Source: Escherichia phage vB_EcoM_Ozark
DNA: 64,000 nt
Sequence record: NC_054927.1
Strand: one strand, 5' to 3'
Shown here: positions 48,990 through 58,806 of the stretch, in pieces
Layout: each line of letters begins with the position of its first letter
Numbering within the stretch: position 1 is the first letter of the stretch
Notes under the pieces: model-generated
What the model was told of the DNA's origin: nothing
What the model saw: only the letters and a program-made list of their open reading frames with translations
Database searches by the model: none
Translations under genes and position numbers: made by a program

Positions 48990-50008
48990 TAGTTTAGTGC
49001 ATTTAGTGCGTTGTTCAGTTTAGAACGTTGCTTCGTGAGATTTTTGACTTTTTCTTGTGCTTTTTCTAGCATCTTTTCAGCTTCTAACACTTCATTGGTC
49101 GCTTTAACGAGTTCATCATCTACTGCCTTAAGAGACTTCTCAATCGCATCCGCGTGCCATTTTTCAACAGGTTTAAGACTCGGATTTTCAATAGGAAGAA
49201 AATTCGCTTTATTAAATTTCCATGCATCTTTATTACCTGAGCTATACATCCAAAATTTAGGATCGTTTGATGAGCAATTAGATAAATTTAAGTTATCTTG
49301 CACTTCCTGCTTTTTCTCTTGCGTGACTTCGTCTTTTCTCAAAAAATCATATTTAAATGAAACGATCATATCAAGTTCATATGTTGTTGTATGTTCCCAA
49401 TTTCGCTCAAAACGAGGTAAAATCTTAGACTGAACAGCGGCAACAACATCCATATACTTAAATGCTTCTGTCAACTGTGATTTAAGGCATTCACAAATTG
49501 AAAGAGAATTTTTTGTATTAGGTTTAAAGCTAATTCGTGCAGTTCTATTATTTTCTTTTAACGGTCTTACTTCCATCTGAAGAGTATAACCATCAAATTT
49601 CAGATTCTTTAAGTTAATATCAGAGCCTTTTAATCGACTAGCAGTAGACAAAATTTGCTTTAATTGTTTACGAAATAGAGCAATAAATCTCCATTCAATA
49701 CGATAATGATTTGGATTAAAAAATCCTGTTGATAAATCAACCTTACTCTGACCAACGCCTTGAACAAATAGAGGATTTTTATAATCAATAGTTTTACAGA
49801 AATCGGTGAGCTGCTCACGAGCAGTCATTTGTGTAATATATCCCGCTTTACTAAAATGACGTAACCATTCACTGCTATTCATATACTTAAAGTGAATATC
49901 ACGATTAACTTTATCAGGGTCTAAATTATTTTGGCACAAAAATGTCATAACATTACGTGTATAGCTGGCATTACGAACCATATCTTCAATTTGAGAACGA
50001 GTTTTCAT
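48989..50008 (-). CDS. paralog family member with C-terminal coiled coil (339 aa)
   Basis: see 47930..48961. Confidence 0.5.
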   Translation of the reverse strand: MKTRSQIEDMVRNASYTRNVMTFLCQNNLDPDKVNRDIHFKYMNSSEWLRHFSKAGYITQMTAREQLTDFCKTIDYKNPLFVQGVGQSKVDLSTGFFNPNHYRIEWRFIALFRKQLKQILSTASRLKGSDINLKNLKFDGYTLQMEVRPLKENNRTARISFKPNTKNSLSICECLKSQLTEAFKYMDVVAAVQSKILPRFERNWEHTTTYELDMIVSFKYDFLRKDEVTQEKKQEVQDNLNLSNCSSNDPKFWMYSSGNKDAWKFNKANFLPIENPSLKPVEKWHADAIEKSLKAVDDELVKATNEVLEAEKMLEKAQEKVKNLTKQRSKLNNALNALN

Positions 50009-50016
50009 GGTGTTCC

Positions 50017-50925
50017 TTAAGATTTAAGTAAATCAACAATTTTAATTAATTTTTCACGCTCAGATTTAGCTTTACTACTCAATCCAGATAGTCTGAAAAT
50101 TTCATCGTCATACTGTTGAATAGAAATATTCAGCTCTTCAATTTGCTTATTAAAATAATCAATTTGCTCAGAATGTTTTTCATTACTGCGAACTGGTACA
50201 GGTTTTGTAGGCAATTTAGTTAAACTGGATTCATCCGGGCGATAAATTAAAATACAACTTGAACCAATCGGGCATTTAGCACCAGACACATATTCTAATG
50301 TTCCGGCTTCTTTTAAAACTTCAAAAGCTAAACAGAGATGATGCCCCATATTAACATAATCTGTAGAGCGAGCTCTGACGTAATAATCATCGCCGCGAAT
50401 ACTAAATTTAAAGCATTTAAGGTCTTCTGTATTATTGGTCTTAAAAATCATTTGTTTATCTAGACCTTTAGCTAATCGAGCGCCTAATGCTAATAATCGT
50501 CGTTGATTTTCCCACAAATCCGCAATCATTTGATCGAATGATAATTTCGGCATTAGTCGACCATAAAGGTCATATCCTTTATTATAATTGCGAAGGATTT
50601 CACTCGCGTTAATACGAGACAACGCTCCAATTTTATTAAGGGCTTTCATGATGCGATTAGATAAACCCATTCCAGACCCGTTTGTTCGTTGTAAATGTTT
50701 ATCTAATCCAAACCCAATATCAACTTTAAATTTATCTAAAATTTCAGCATGAACATCTCTGTCAATAACATTCAAATCCAAAGTTGGGTTAAATCTATGA
50801 AAAAATTTATCTGGCTCTCCACGACGAAGTATAGTCCATTCATTCAATTTTTTATTAACTAAAGATTTAATTACTGCATTGACATTATTAATTACTACTG
50901 ACATATTTTCCTCACTCAATTTCAA
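50017..50925 (-). CDS. paralog family member with C-terminal coiled coil (302 aa)
   Basis: weak shared blocks; coiled-coil C-terminus. Confidence 0.45.
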   Translation of the reverse strand: MKLSEENMSVVINNVNAVIKSLVNKKLNEWTILRRGEPDKFFHRFNPTLDLNVIDRDVHAEILDKFKVDIGFGLDKHLQRTNGSGMGLSNRIMKALNKIGALSRINASEILRNYNKGYDLYGRLMPKLSFDQMIADLWENQRRLLALGARLAKGLDKQMIFKTNNTEDLKCFKFSIRGDDYYVRARSTDYVNMGHHLCLAFEVLKEAGTLEYVSGAKCPIGSSCILIYRPDESSLTKLPTKPVPVRSNEKHSEQIDYFNKQIEELNISIQQYDDEIFRLSGLSSKAKSEREKLIKIVDLLKS

Positions 50926-51319
50926 TTTTACTAAATATACAGAATAAGATGGAACAGACTATATAAGCACCACACACAGATTGAACTAATACCATTCCAA
51001 AGAACCAAACAATATTATCAAACAATGTCTGTTTTACGTCGAAAGGACGTAAACTTACAGTAATATTATCGCCTTTTTCTATTGATGAATACATCTCTGG
51101 TGAAATATATTCGCTAAATCTATAACCGTCTTTGAGTTCATATACAGCAATAAACGATAAACTAGACCCCTTTCCTTGAGTTCCTGTAAAGGTATTAACT
51201 ACAGTAACATCATAATCTTTATAATGCATATAATCATTAATTGCGTAATAACTATATGCAACTACTACGCACAAACAACATATCAATAAATTCAATCTTT
51301 TAATTATCAACTGTTTCAT
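50912..51319 (-). CDS. membrane protein (135 aa, N- and C-terminal TM helices)
   Basis: hydrophobic segments. Confidence 0.45.
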   Translation of the reverse strand: MKQLIIKRLNLLICCLCVVVAYSYYAINDYMHYKDYDVTVVNTFTGTQGKGSSLSFIAVYELKDGYRFSEYISPEMYSSIEKGDNITVSLRPFDVKQTLFDNIVWFFGMVLVQSVCGAYIVCSILFCIFSKIEIE

Positions 51320-51374
51320 AATAATCTCAATTAAAAGGGCTTAGAACCATTATACCATCCTTGGTATAAAGCGG

Positions 51375-51902
51375 TTATGCGAGTACCGTCTTTAACCGTT
51401 CTTCAAACTTCCGAAGAGTATTTTGGCGTTCAGCTCTTTGCTTTTTGTAAGTTTCAATACGCTCTGAAATGAGAGTGTATCGTTCATTTACTGATTCTTT
51501 CATAAAATCAGGAATTTCACGAGAAGCTTTAATCTCATCAAATTTATCAATAACAGCTTGCTCTTCAGCAATTAAGTTATCATACATCAAAATATCTTTC
51601 TTGATGAACTCAATATCTTCTTGAGTTACACGAGATAATTTAGATGCTTTATCCTTTTTGTACTGTTCGTTAGTATCACGAGACCAGTGTAATGTACGAT
51701 TTTTATTCGTATTCTTGTAAATTTCTACAATACCAATCTCATCGATAATAACGATCCAATTCCAACGAGATTTGTAAATTTGTCCTCCGTCAACCGTGAT
51801 TTCACCTCCGATTGAGATGTCATTAAAGAACTTGCTTTGTGCTTCTGATTTAAATTTACCATCGTTGTAATTTACCAGGTTGAAAATATCTTTAGCGTTC
51901 AT
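51375..51902 (-). CDS. hypothetical protein with C-terminal coiled coil (175 aa)
   Basis: GGAGGA RBS; leader identical to that of 25287..25538. Confidence 0.5.
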   Translation of the reverse strand: MNAKDIFNLVNYNDGKFKSEAQSKFFNDISIGGEITVDGGQIYKSRWNWIVIIDEIGIVEIYKNTNKNRTLHWSRDTNEQYKKDKASKLSRVTQEDIEFIKKDILMYDNLIAEEQAVIDKFDEIKASREIPDFMKESVNERYTLISERIETYKKQRAERQNTLRKFEERLKTVLA

Positions 51903-51930
51903 TTTGTGTTCCTCCGTAGTTGATAGTTGT

Positions 51931-51960
51931 ATAGTACCACAAAGGAACAGTCTTGTAAAC
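51931..51960 (-). promoter_or_regulatory. T4 early-type promoter
   Basis: fwd gtaaac 51955-51960, -10 TACTAT. Confidence 0.55.
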
Positions 51961-51962
51961 CG

Positions 51963-52277
51963 CTAAAAGAAACTTCTTTCACAATTTTTTCCACTGAACC
52001 ACGCGCTCACCGCTTTCTTAGTCTCAGGAGCAGTGTTATCCATAAACCATTCAAAAGCAGCCTTTTTATGATTCTGGAGGGCTTCTCGGGCTTTAATCTG
52101 CTCACGGTCTATTAACACTAACATATGAGCCTTTCTTGTCACCATGGGCTTCTTATGATTTTTTGAATACTCCCAATCATTTGTCCATCGCATCGTTGTT
52201 GCGAACTGAAATACTGCTTCTTTAATTTTAGTTTCGTAAATCTCACGAGCCTTTGAGTATAACATCACTACCTCCAT
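51963..52277 (-). CDS. hypothetical protein (104 aa)
   Basis: ORF. Confidence 0.4.
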   Translation of the reverse strand: MEVVMLYSKAREIYETKIKEAVFQFATTMRWTNDWEYSKNHKKPMVTRKAHMLVLIDREQIKAREALQNHKKAAFEWFMDNTAPETKKAVSAWFSGKNCERSFF

Positions 52278-52366
52278 TTACCAGTTTAATTCTAATCATC
52301 TTTTTGATGGCAGTCCATATAATCTATTTCTGAACTGCCTTTTTGTCATAGAAGGCCTCTTATGAA

Positions 52367-53335
52367 TTATTTCAGAAGAGTAACCTCAGCAATTTCTTCC
52401 CAACCGTTTTTGTCGGTCATAATAAAGTCAGCAAGATAAAGTGCAGTACGCAGTGAAACATTGCGTAAACGATTAACATTGACTTTCATCCATGATAATG
52501 CTTTATAAGTTTCTTCATCAGAAAGACCGCGTTTTTGCATCATGTCAGTTGAAAGAATAACATCTTCAACCCTGACCATAATTTCTTCATTAGTGTGAAC
52601 ACCCAAATCTAAATAAACTGAGCGGGAAACTAATGCTTGTAAATGTGGAGCAAGTTTAGTACCACGATCTAATTCGCGGTCAATATCAACGTTTGTGATA
52701 AAAACAATCGTTCCTTTAAATTCAAACTCACGCTCAATGCCTTTTTCTTCTAAGTAAGAAGATGCAGTGCTCCAGCAGACTTTACGGGTCTCTCCAGTGT
52801 CCAGAGCAGCTTTTAGAAGATTAAGAATGTCCATATCAGAGAAAACATCCACATCATCAATCAAAAGGACAGAATTCTCTTCACGATTATTCCAAAGCTG
52901 TTCATAAAGACCGATACCGGAGATTTTACCGTTAATGCTTTTATATTCAATGTATCCAATATCATTTGCTTTATTTAAAGCTTTATCTAAAGAATACGTT
53001 TTACCAATACCTGCCGCACCAGAGATAATTAATGAACGAATGTTTCCGTTAATAATACCATTCGTCATCATTCCCATAACATTAAATCTTTTATTAATGC
53101 GGGTTTTCATATCTTCATACGATTCTTTAACTTCTTCAACTTTTACACCATCATATGAAATGTCTGATTTGTAAACCCAAACACCGCGACGCTTACCGTC
53201 AATTTCAACAAAAACTTTACCATCTCCTTGTGCATCTACCGGAGCATTATCTGGGAACCATTCACCTAAGAGCTCAAAAGTTCCAGAGATTTCTTTACCG
53301 AAGTAGATACCCTTATTGATAGTTACAGTTTTCAT
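52367..53335 (-). CDS. P-loop ATPase, AAA+-like (322 aa)
   Basis: Walker A SGAAGIGKT, Walker B VLLIDDVD, sensor-1-like VFITN. Confidence 0.6.
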   Translation of the reverse strand: MKTVTINKGIYFGKEISGTFELLGEWFPDNAPVDAQGDGKVFVEIDGKRRGVWVYKSDISYDGVKVEEVKESYEDMKTRINKRFNVMGMMTNGIINGNIRSLIISGAAGIGKTYSLDKALNKANDIGYIEYKSINGKISGIGLYEQLWNNREENSVLLIDDVDVFSDMDILNLLKAALDTGETRKVCWSTASSYLEEKGIEREFEFKGTIVFITNVDIDRELDRGTKLAPHLQALVSRSVYLDLGVHTNEEIMVRVEDVILSTDMMQKRGLSDEETYKALSWMKVNVNRLRNVSLRTALYLADFIMTDKNGWEEIAEVTLLK

Positions 53336-53392
53336 TTTATTCTCCTTTGATTTGATAGGACTACTATAACATAGTCCTATCAGTTTGTATAC

Positions 53393-53593
53393 TTATTTTG
53401 ACATTTCTTCGATGTCACGACGATACCCGTCACGAACTTCACGAAGAGCTTCAAGGCCACACATAGGCTCGATACCTGTAATGTGAACTTGATTAATCTG
53501 ATACTCTACATCTTCTAACTGAGCGAAAACATAACGACGTTCAGCTGCACAACCAGATTTAGCTTTACCGAAACGTTTATTCAAAGTAGTCAT
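53393..53593 (-). CDS. hypothetical protein (66 aa)
   Basis: ORF just downstream of promoter. Confidence 0.4.
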   Translation of the reverse strand: MTTLNKRFGKAKSGCAAERRYVFAQLEDVEYQINQVHITGIEPMCGLEALREVRDGYRRDIEEMSK

Positions 53594-53631
53594 TTTGTAT
53601 CTCCAATTTACTCATTTGTTTTGATAGGTCT

Positions 53632-53661
53632 ATAGTATCAACAACTACAGACCATGTAAAC
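53632..53661 (-). promoter_or_regulatory. T4 early-type promoter with UP element
   Basis: fwd gtaaac 53656-53661, -10 TACTAT. Confidence 0.55.
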
Positions 53662-53692
53662 CGTTTTGTGAAAAATTTTTGAAATAAAAAAA

Positions 53693-53710
53693 GGGAGCCC
53701 GAAGGCTCCC
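53693..53710 (-). terminator. intrinsic terminator (GGGAGCC-UUCG-GGCUCCC then U7)
   Basis: 7-bp GC stem and U-run on minus RNA right after 53713 stop. Confidence 0.7.
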
Positions 53711-53712
53711 TA

Positions 53713-54726
53713 TCATTTATAATAACTTCGGTGGTTTTCAAGATAGACCTTCTCAAGGAAGTCATCCCAGAAACTCATGTCTACTGTTTTAGGCATACCG
53801 TTCTTAGAAGCTTCAGTAGATGCTGCTTCTACTTGATCGACCACATCTTCCAAAAACTCTTGAACTGTTTTAAATGGATGTTTACCCAACTTCACGTCGA
53901 GAATAAATGGAGCATCTTGAAGTGGATAGACTAAGTCACCAGTTTTGTAAATTTCCAATAGTTGGAGTCCACCACGACAAGCATGACTCAAAGCTTTCCA
54001 GTCAATACCTTCATTGGCTTCAGCCTTACGAGCACGTTCACCGTATTCAGCATCTAATTTGTTCAGTGACTGCTTAAGCTCAATAAGAGAAAGCGTTGTC
54101 TGATATTTACGACCCAACACTGTGTAAAACGTCTGTGGGCCTGTTTTCTCATGATTATGGAACACCCATTCACAGAATTCGTTTTCTGGAAGACGATGCT
54201 TAATATCTTCAACTTTAGTACGACGCTGCTTAATGGAACCGTCTTCTTGGTAATCAACCCATTGCTCAGGGATTTGATTAACTACTTTCAATACATCGCG
54301 TAATGCAGCCAAACGAGAACCCTTGACACCGTATTTAGAAGCTTGCTTGCGGACATATCCTAAATAGGATTTCATGTTAGTCGTATAAAAACGAGAACGG
54401 TTGTCTTGAATAAACTTCCACACATCAGGCAAATCAGATTTAACCACTAGTTCAGGTGGAGTGTGAAGCATATCCAATGCTACAGTTTCACCATCTGCTG
54501 CTAATTTAAAGAAATATTTAAGACTGTATAGTTCATGGTCAATATCATCTTTAGTGTTTTTAGATGATGTATTGTTAGTGTTTTTACTCATGTGCTCTTT
54601 GACATTTCCGATAAGAATATCGCGAGCAGGAGGAACAAAGATTTCTTTAAAATCTACATCAGATTCTGGGGTAGAAGTTCCATAAAGATGACTACCAAAA
54701 TAGCTTTTCATTACTGTTTTCATCAT
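53713..54726 (-). CDS. predicted nucleotidyltransferase, Pol-beta superfamily (337 aa)
   Basis: N-terminal FGSHLYGTSTPESDVDF then DIDHE: G[GS]x(n)[DE]h[DE]h signature. Confidence 0.5.
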   Translation of the reverse strand: MMKTVMKSYFGSHLYGTSTPESDVDFKEIFVPPARDILIGNVKEHMSKNTNNTSSKNTKDDIDHELYSLKYFFKLAADGETVALDMLHTPPELVVKSDLPDVWKFIQDNRSRFYTTNMKSYLGYVRKQASKYGVKGSRLAALRDVLKVVNQIPEQWVDYQEDGSIKQRRTKVEDIKHRLPENEFCEWVFHNHEKTGPQTFYTVLGRKYQTTLSLIELKQSLNKLDAEYGERARKAEANEGIDWKALSHACRGGLQLLEIYKTGDLVYPLQDAPFILDVKLGKHPFKTVQEFLEDVVDQVEAASTEASKNGMPKTVDMSFWDDFLEKVYLENHRSYYK

Positions 54727-55184
54727 TCAGCCTTATATTCAATAACAGGACATACTTTAGCTTTACGAGCTTTTAAAAATTCGACGATAATCGATTTCTT
54801 AGGTTGAATAGGAGGTAAACCTTTATACGCCCTATCAATATTTTCTACGTGTAAAGCATAATCCTTTTTCCATTTATAATCTTTATATTTTTCACGCAAA
54901 TGTGCAGGAATAACAAATGAACCGATAATAAGTAAAACAACCAAAAGCGCAAGTATAAATGCTGATGGAAGCAAAGTCCATAAACTACCAAAAATAAGCC
55001 AACGTTGTAGGCTTTCTGCACAAATAATTGTTAGCCCTACGAGTATAGCACATCCAAAAATAGAAACGAAAAATGTAGGAATGGCAATAGACCAAAAATA
55101 TGCGCATAGTGTCTTAGGTCGTTGCCATTCATCGTTAAACAATTTGAATAATTTATAGTGCCAAGAGTTTTCATTAATAATCAT
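54723..55184 (-). CDS. integral membrane protein (153 aa, about 3 TM helices)
   Basis: hydrophobic helices; stop overlaps NTase ATG (ATGA). Confidence 0.5.
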   Translation of the reverse strand: MIINENSWHYKLFKLFNDEWQRPKTLCAYFWSIAIPTFFVSIFGCAILVGLTIICAESLQRWLIFGSLWTLLPSAFILALLVVLLIIGSFVIPAHLREKYKDYKWKKDYALHVENIDRAYKGLPPIQPKKSIIVEFLKARKAKVCPVIEYKAE

Positions 55185-55186
55185 AA

Positions 55187-55708
55187 TTATCCTTTCATTG
55201 AAGGCGTAACAGTTGTTAAATACTTAATCATAGCTTCAGCTTCTGATTTTGATAATGAAATTTCTCCATTGTTTTGACGAATAGAAATAAAATCCGGATG
55301 ACGGTCACCACCAGCTTTTAAAACACACATATAAGTATCAACTTCATCTTCAATATTTGAAATGATTGAAGCAGTTCCACATGAATGCGGTTTTTGATAA
55401 ATCAATGCAGCTTTTCTTCCGCCATTTGACTGTTCATAAACTTTTAATACATCAAACAAATCACTTCTTTTATCAATAGCTAAAATGTTATTTTCATCTT
55501 CAATGTTAAATCCTTCGGATACTTCATAAAGTGTCACCCATAAATCGCCAATATCAATAACAGCGTTCACTTTTCCATGACTTTCAAGAGCATGACAAAT
55601 TTTCTTGATTTCGTCATAACTCATTTTAATAATATCATCTCCTTGAATAAGAAAGATGTCATTTTTAAATTCAACACGAATTAAACCACTTCCACTTGAA
55701 ATAAACAT
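55187..55708 (-). CDS. hypothetical protein, tandem paralog A (173 aa)
   Basis: C-terminal SKSEAEAMIKYLTTVTPSM resembles neighbour. Confidence 0.45.
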   Translation of the reverse strand: MFISSGSGLIRVEFKNDIFLIQGDDIIKMSYDEIKKICHALESHGKVNAVIDIGDLWVTLYEVSEGFNIEDENNILAIDKRSDLFDVLKVYEQSNGGRKAALIYQKPHSCGTASIISNIEDEVDTYMCVLKAGGDRHPDFISIRQNNGEISLSKSEAEAMIKYLTTVTPSMKG

Positions 55709-55714
55709 ATTTCC

Positions 55715-56260
55715 TCACTTTGAAATCATAGTTGGAATAACAGAATCAAGATAAGTCTTTAGTGCAATAGCTTCGTCTTTGGTAAATGTGACAATATGTG
55801 CTCGAAAATCATCAATTTGACGAATAGTTAAGACATCTCCATCTTCATAACATTTTGATACGTTTAAAACAGTTTCATCATTCTGATTGCAAGCGTTAGT
55901 AATAATAGCATTGCAATTTTTAAACCATTTTAAACTATGTTTTCTTTCATTAGAATAATAAAAATATTTAATCTTATCTATAAAACTATCCCAATGGATA
56001 ACTGATAAGCATATTGACTCGCTTTCAATATTAAATCCTGGGCATGAAGAATAAAAATGAATTTTATGCTCATCATTAATGCTTACAATTTTATCAGTAT
56101 AAGGATTTTCAATTTTGGTTAAATGAATGATTTCACTAGGCGTAAAATACAGCATATCGTCTTCTTGTGTCAAACGATACATATTATTTACTTTTTCTAT
56201 AGCTAATTCACCAAAAAGTGAACTAACTTCTAATACTAATCGTTTCGCCGCTACCGTCAT
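55715..56260 (-). CDS. hypothetical protein, tandem paralog B (181 aa)
   Basis: C-terminal TKDEAIALKTYLDSVIPTM; GFNIE block shared. Confidence 0.45.
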   Translation of the reverse strand: MTVAAKRLVLEVSSLFGELAIEKVNNMYRLTQEDDMLYFTPSEIIHLTKIENPYTDKIVSINDEHKIHFYSSCPGFNIESESICLSVIHWDSFIDKIKYFYYSNERKHSLKWFKNCNAIITNACNQNDETVLNVSKCYEDGDVLTIRQIDDFRAHIVTFTKDEAIALKTYLDSVIPTMISK

Positions 56261-56392
56261 TACATACTCCTCTGAATCATATCAATAATGTTGTTCACCA
56301 GATTATAAGTAAACATTGGGTAATTATATTGAATCATTACATACACAACAAACAAAACTTTCATTCTCTTCTCCTTGGCAGTTGACAAGATT

Positions 56393-56422
56393 ACTATACC
56401 ATAACCTTGCCAACTTGTAAAC
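56393..56422 (-). promoter_or_regulatory. T4 early-type promoter
   Basis: fwd gtaaac 56417-56422, -10 TATAGT. Confidence 0.45.
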
Positions 56423-56587
56423 CATTAAATGACGTTTTCAATAAAATTCTGAAGCTTTGTGTGAGCATCAACCATGATTTTCATTTCTTCTTTTGCGAAA
56501 GCTGTACCTCTTTCCCGAGCAGAATACTCATAGTCAGAAACTGCATTAGCATATTCTTCAATTAGCTTCATTAAAAACATCTGCTTT

Positions 56588-56782
56588 TCAGTTTTCATTA
56601 TTCCACCTAATCATTTCAAGATATTGAACTAACTTAGCTTTGGATTTATCCAAATCTCTTTTAGCTGCTTCTATACCGTCGTATGAATATCCTTCACAAT
56701 GCTCAACTGCTAATTGATATGAATCTATTTCAATATCACGTGCTAATTTAATGATTTTTTCAAACTGTTCACGTGTTAGCAT
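56588..56782 (-). CDS. hypothetical protein (64 aa)
   Basis: ORF. Confidence 0.4.
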   Translation of the reverse strand: MLTREQFEKIIKLARDIEIDSYQLAVEHCEGYSYDGIEAAKRDLDKSKAKLVQYLEMIRWNNEN

Positions 56783-56784
56783 AA

Positions 56785-56988
56785 TTAAACTCTCGTATTA
56801 TGATCGATAATTTCATCAAGAAACATATCTAACGCTTCTAAAGCATTATCAACTTTAGCTTCAAGTTCTTCAATACCTTTATTTGCAATGCCTGACGAAA
56901 ACCAAGCAAAGTCACTAAATTCCTCATCTGCTTTGCGAATTAAAGCTACCAATTCCTTAATTTTATCCGCTTGTTCGATACTAATCAT
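56785..56988 (-). CDS. hypothetical protein (67 aa)
   Basis: start set to ATG 56988 (GGTGGA RBS, TAATG overlap with upstream stop). Confidence 0.4.
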   Translation of the reverse strand: MISIEQADKIKELVALIRKADEEFSDFAWFSSGIANKGIEELEAKVDNALEALDMFLDEIIDHNTRV

Positions 56989-57176
56989 TATTCCACCACA
57001 TATGAAAGAGAGAATATTGCACACGCCATGTGAGTTGCAACTTCATCACACATATTATAACGTTTCTTAAGAAGTTCTACAAGTTCTTCACTAGTAACTT
57101 CATCCATGTCGACGAAAAAATCACCATTAATGATGACGTAGATATTTCCTTCTTGATTGAGTGCTTCAATTTTCAT
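56988..57176 (-). CDS. hypothetical protein (62 aa)
   Basis: start set to ATG 57176 (GAGGAG RBS) downstream of promoter. Confidence 0.4.
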
Positions 57177-57204
57177 GATGTTCTCCTCTTTATCTGATAG
57201 TTGT

Positions 57205-57234
57205 ATAGTACCACAGCTCAAACGGAAAGTAAAC
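57205..57234 (-). promoter_or_regulatory. T4 early-type promoter
   Basis: fwd gtaaac 57229-57234, -10 TACTAT. Confidence 0.5.
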
Positions 57235-57249
57235 CGGTAAAATGAAAAA

Positions 57250-57267
57250 AGTCTCCCGAAGGAGACT
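57250..57267 (-). terminator. intrinsic terminator (AGUCUCC-UUCG-GGAGACU then U6)
   Basis: 7-bp stem and U-run after 57272 stop. Confidence 0.65.
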
Positions 57268-57271
57268 AATG

Positions 57272-57658
57272 TTATTCGAGGGAAAGAAGATACTTACTCT
57301 GATAAAACATTCCAGTAATATCATCTATCGTGCTTTGGATGGCTGGAGGCATTTCTTTATAAATGCTGTTAGATTGGTCTAGTATGCGATCAATCATTTT
57401 AATTGTGTCGGTAGGAAGTTTACTGGCATCTGGAATTGAAGGTGTGTATTTTCTACCAGAATACCCCAAATATTGCTCACCAAATTTATCAATCAAATCT
57501 GGCAACTCGGAGAAAATAAAATCGTATGCTTTGTGTCTAGCATAATTTTTAGTTTCAAAATGTGCAGAATGAAAATAAGCTTGTGCAGCCATTAATAAAC
57601 CTAAGTATTCATCTGCCTTTGAAGGTTTTCCACTTTGTGAAAAGTCGCTGAATTTCAT
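57272..57658 (-). CDS. hypothetical protein (rI.1 position), 128 aa
   Basis: ORF overlapping rI stop. Confidence 0.45.
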
Positions 57659-57948
57659 TCAGTCTCCAATTTAATGTTCATAATTCTAGCGTATGATTGT
57701 GCCATCTCCGCGCCTCGTTCTATACATTCAAAATCAGAAGAGCACGGGTCATTTTTATAGGTCGTTCGCATAAAACTATAGAACTGTTCAGATGATTCTA
57801 CGCTTTTATTTTCAAAAAGCATATAAACATGTCTAATGCCAGATTCCATAAATTTATCAAAATGAGGATCGACATTTGCTTCAATCGGTGGAGATAAAGC
57901 AAACGCTAATCCTAGCATGGCAAATAGTGCCGTTGCTTTTAAGGCCAT
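57655..57948 (-). CDS. rI: lysis inhibition regulator RI (periplasmic, 97 aa)
   Basis: MALKATALFAMLG signal anchor; matches recalled T4 RI. Confidence 0.8.
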   Translation of the reverse strand: MALKATALFAMLGLAFALSPPIEANVDPHFDKFMESGIRHVYMLFENKSVESSEQFYSFMRTTYKNDPCSSDFECIERGAEMAQSYARIMNIKLETE

Positions 57949-57960
57949 AAAGGCCTCCTA

Positions 57961-58173
57961 TCATTTTTGTCCTGTATTTACTTTATGCCGATGCACGGCC
58001 TTAACTTTATCAAGGTATTTTTCAAAATTTCGCAATCTAGTATAGTCTGCCGGAGATTGGTTGAGTGATACTTCTCGACGCAAAGCTGAAATGATATTTC
58101 CAACTTCCCTACGAATTTCATCTAATTGAAGAACAGTAAGATTGCGAAGTTGCTTTTCAGTTAATTGTAGCAT
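57961..58173 (-). CDS. hypothetical protein (70 aa)
   Basis: ORF between rI and tk. Confidence 0.4.
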
Positions 58174-58198
58174 ATATACCCCTTTAGTTAGATAAACC

Positions 58199-58206
58199 TA
58201 TTTATA
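58199..58206 (-). promoter_or_regulatory. late promoter TATAAATA
   Basis: fwd tatttata 58199-58206 between tk and the 70-aa gene. Confidence 0.45.
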
Positions 58207-58215
58207 ACTTTTGCA

Positions 58216-58797
58216 CTAACCGAGCTTTTTAGTTAATCCATTCCAATGTTTTCTGCACAAAGAAACATAAATTTCATCACCAATACAGATTTGATTACCT
58301 TCTTTAACTGGTGTTCCATCTTCCATTAATCGAGCTGTCATAATAGCTTTTTTACCACAATGACAAACTGCTTTTAGTTCAATAAGTTTATCTGCAATCG
58401 CCAAAAGTTCTTTAGAACCTTCAAATAATTTTCCAGCGAAATCAGTCCTTAGCCCATAAGCCATAACAGGAACATTATATGTATCAACAATTCGGCTTAA
58501 TTGATGCACCTGTTCAGTTTTTAAAAACTGAGCTTCATCTACAAATACACAATGAATATCTTTTTGTGCTTCAGCCCATTTATAGAATTCAAAAATATCC
58601 ATATCATCCGTAATAATATTCGCTTCCTGTTTAATTCCAATGCGAGAAACGACTTCACAGACAGAATCGCGAGTATCAATAGCAGGCTTAAGAACTAATA
58701 CACCCATTCCGCGTTCTTTATAATTATGCGCAGCAGTCAAAAGAGAAGCAGATTTTCCAGCATTCATTGCTGCATAAGTAAAAATTAAACTCGCCAT
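58216..58797 (-). CDS. tk: thymidine kinase (193 aa)
   Basis: P-loop AMNAGKS; C-terminal Cys zinc ribbon. Confidence 0.9.
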   Translation of the reverse strand: MASLIFTYAAMNAGKSASLLTAAHNYKERGMGVLVLKPAIDTRDSVCEVVSRIGIKQEANIITDDMDIFEFYKWAEAQKDIHCVFVDEAQFLKTEQVHQLSRIVDTYNVPVMAYGLRTDFAGKLFEGSKELLAIADKLIELKAVCHCGKKAIMTARLMEDGTPVKEGNQICIGDEIYVSLCRKHWNGLTKKLG

Positions 58798-58806
58798 ATC
58801 ACCTTC

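Noticed and set aside
56382-56405. Plus-strand sigma70-like TTGACA at 56382-56387
   Set aside because: No convincing -10 at 17 +/- 1 bp and no plus-strand gene downstream.
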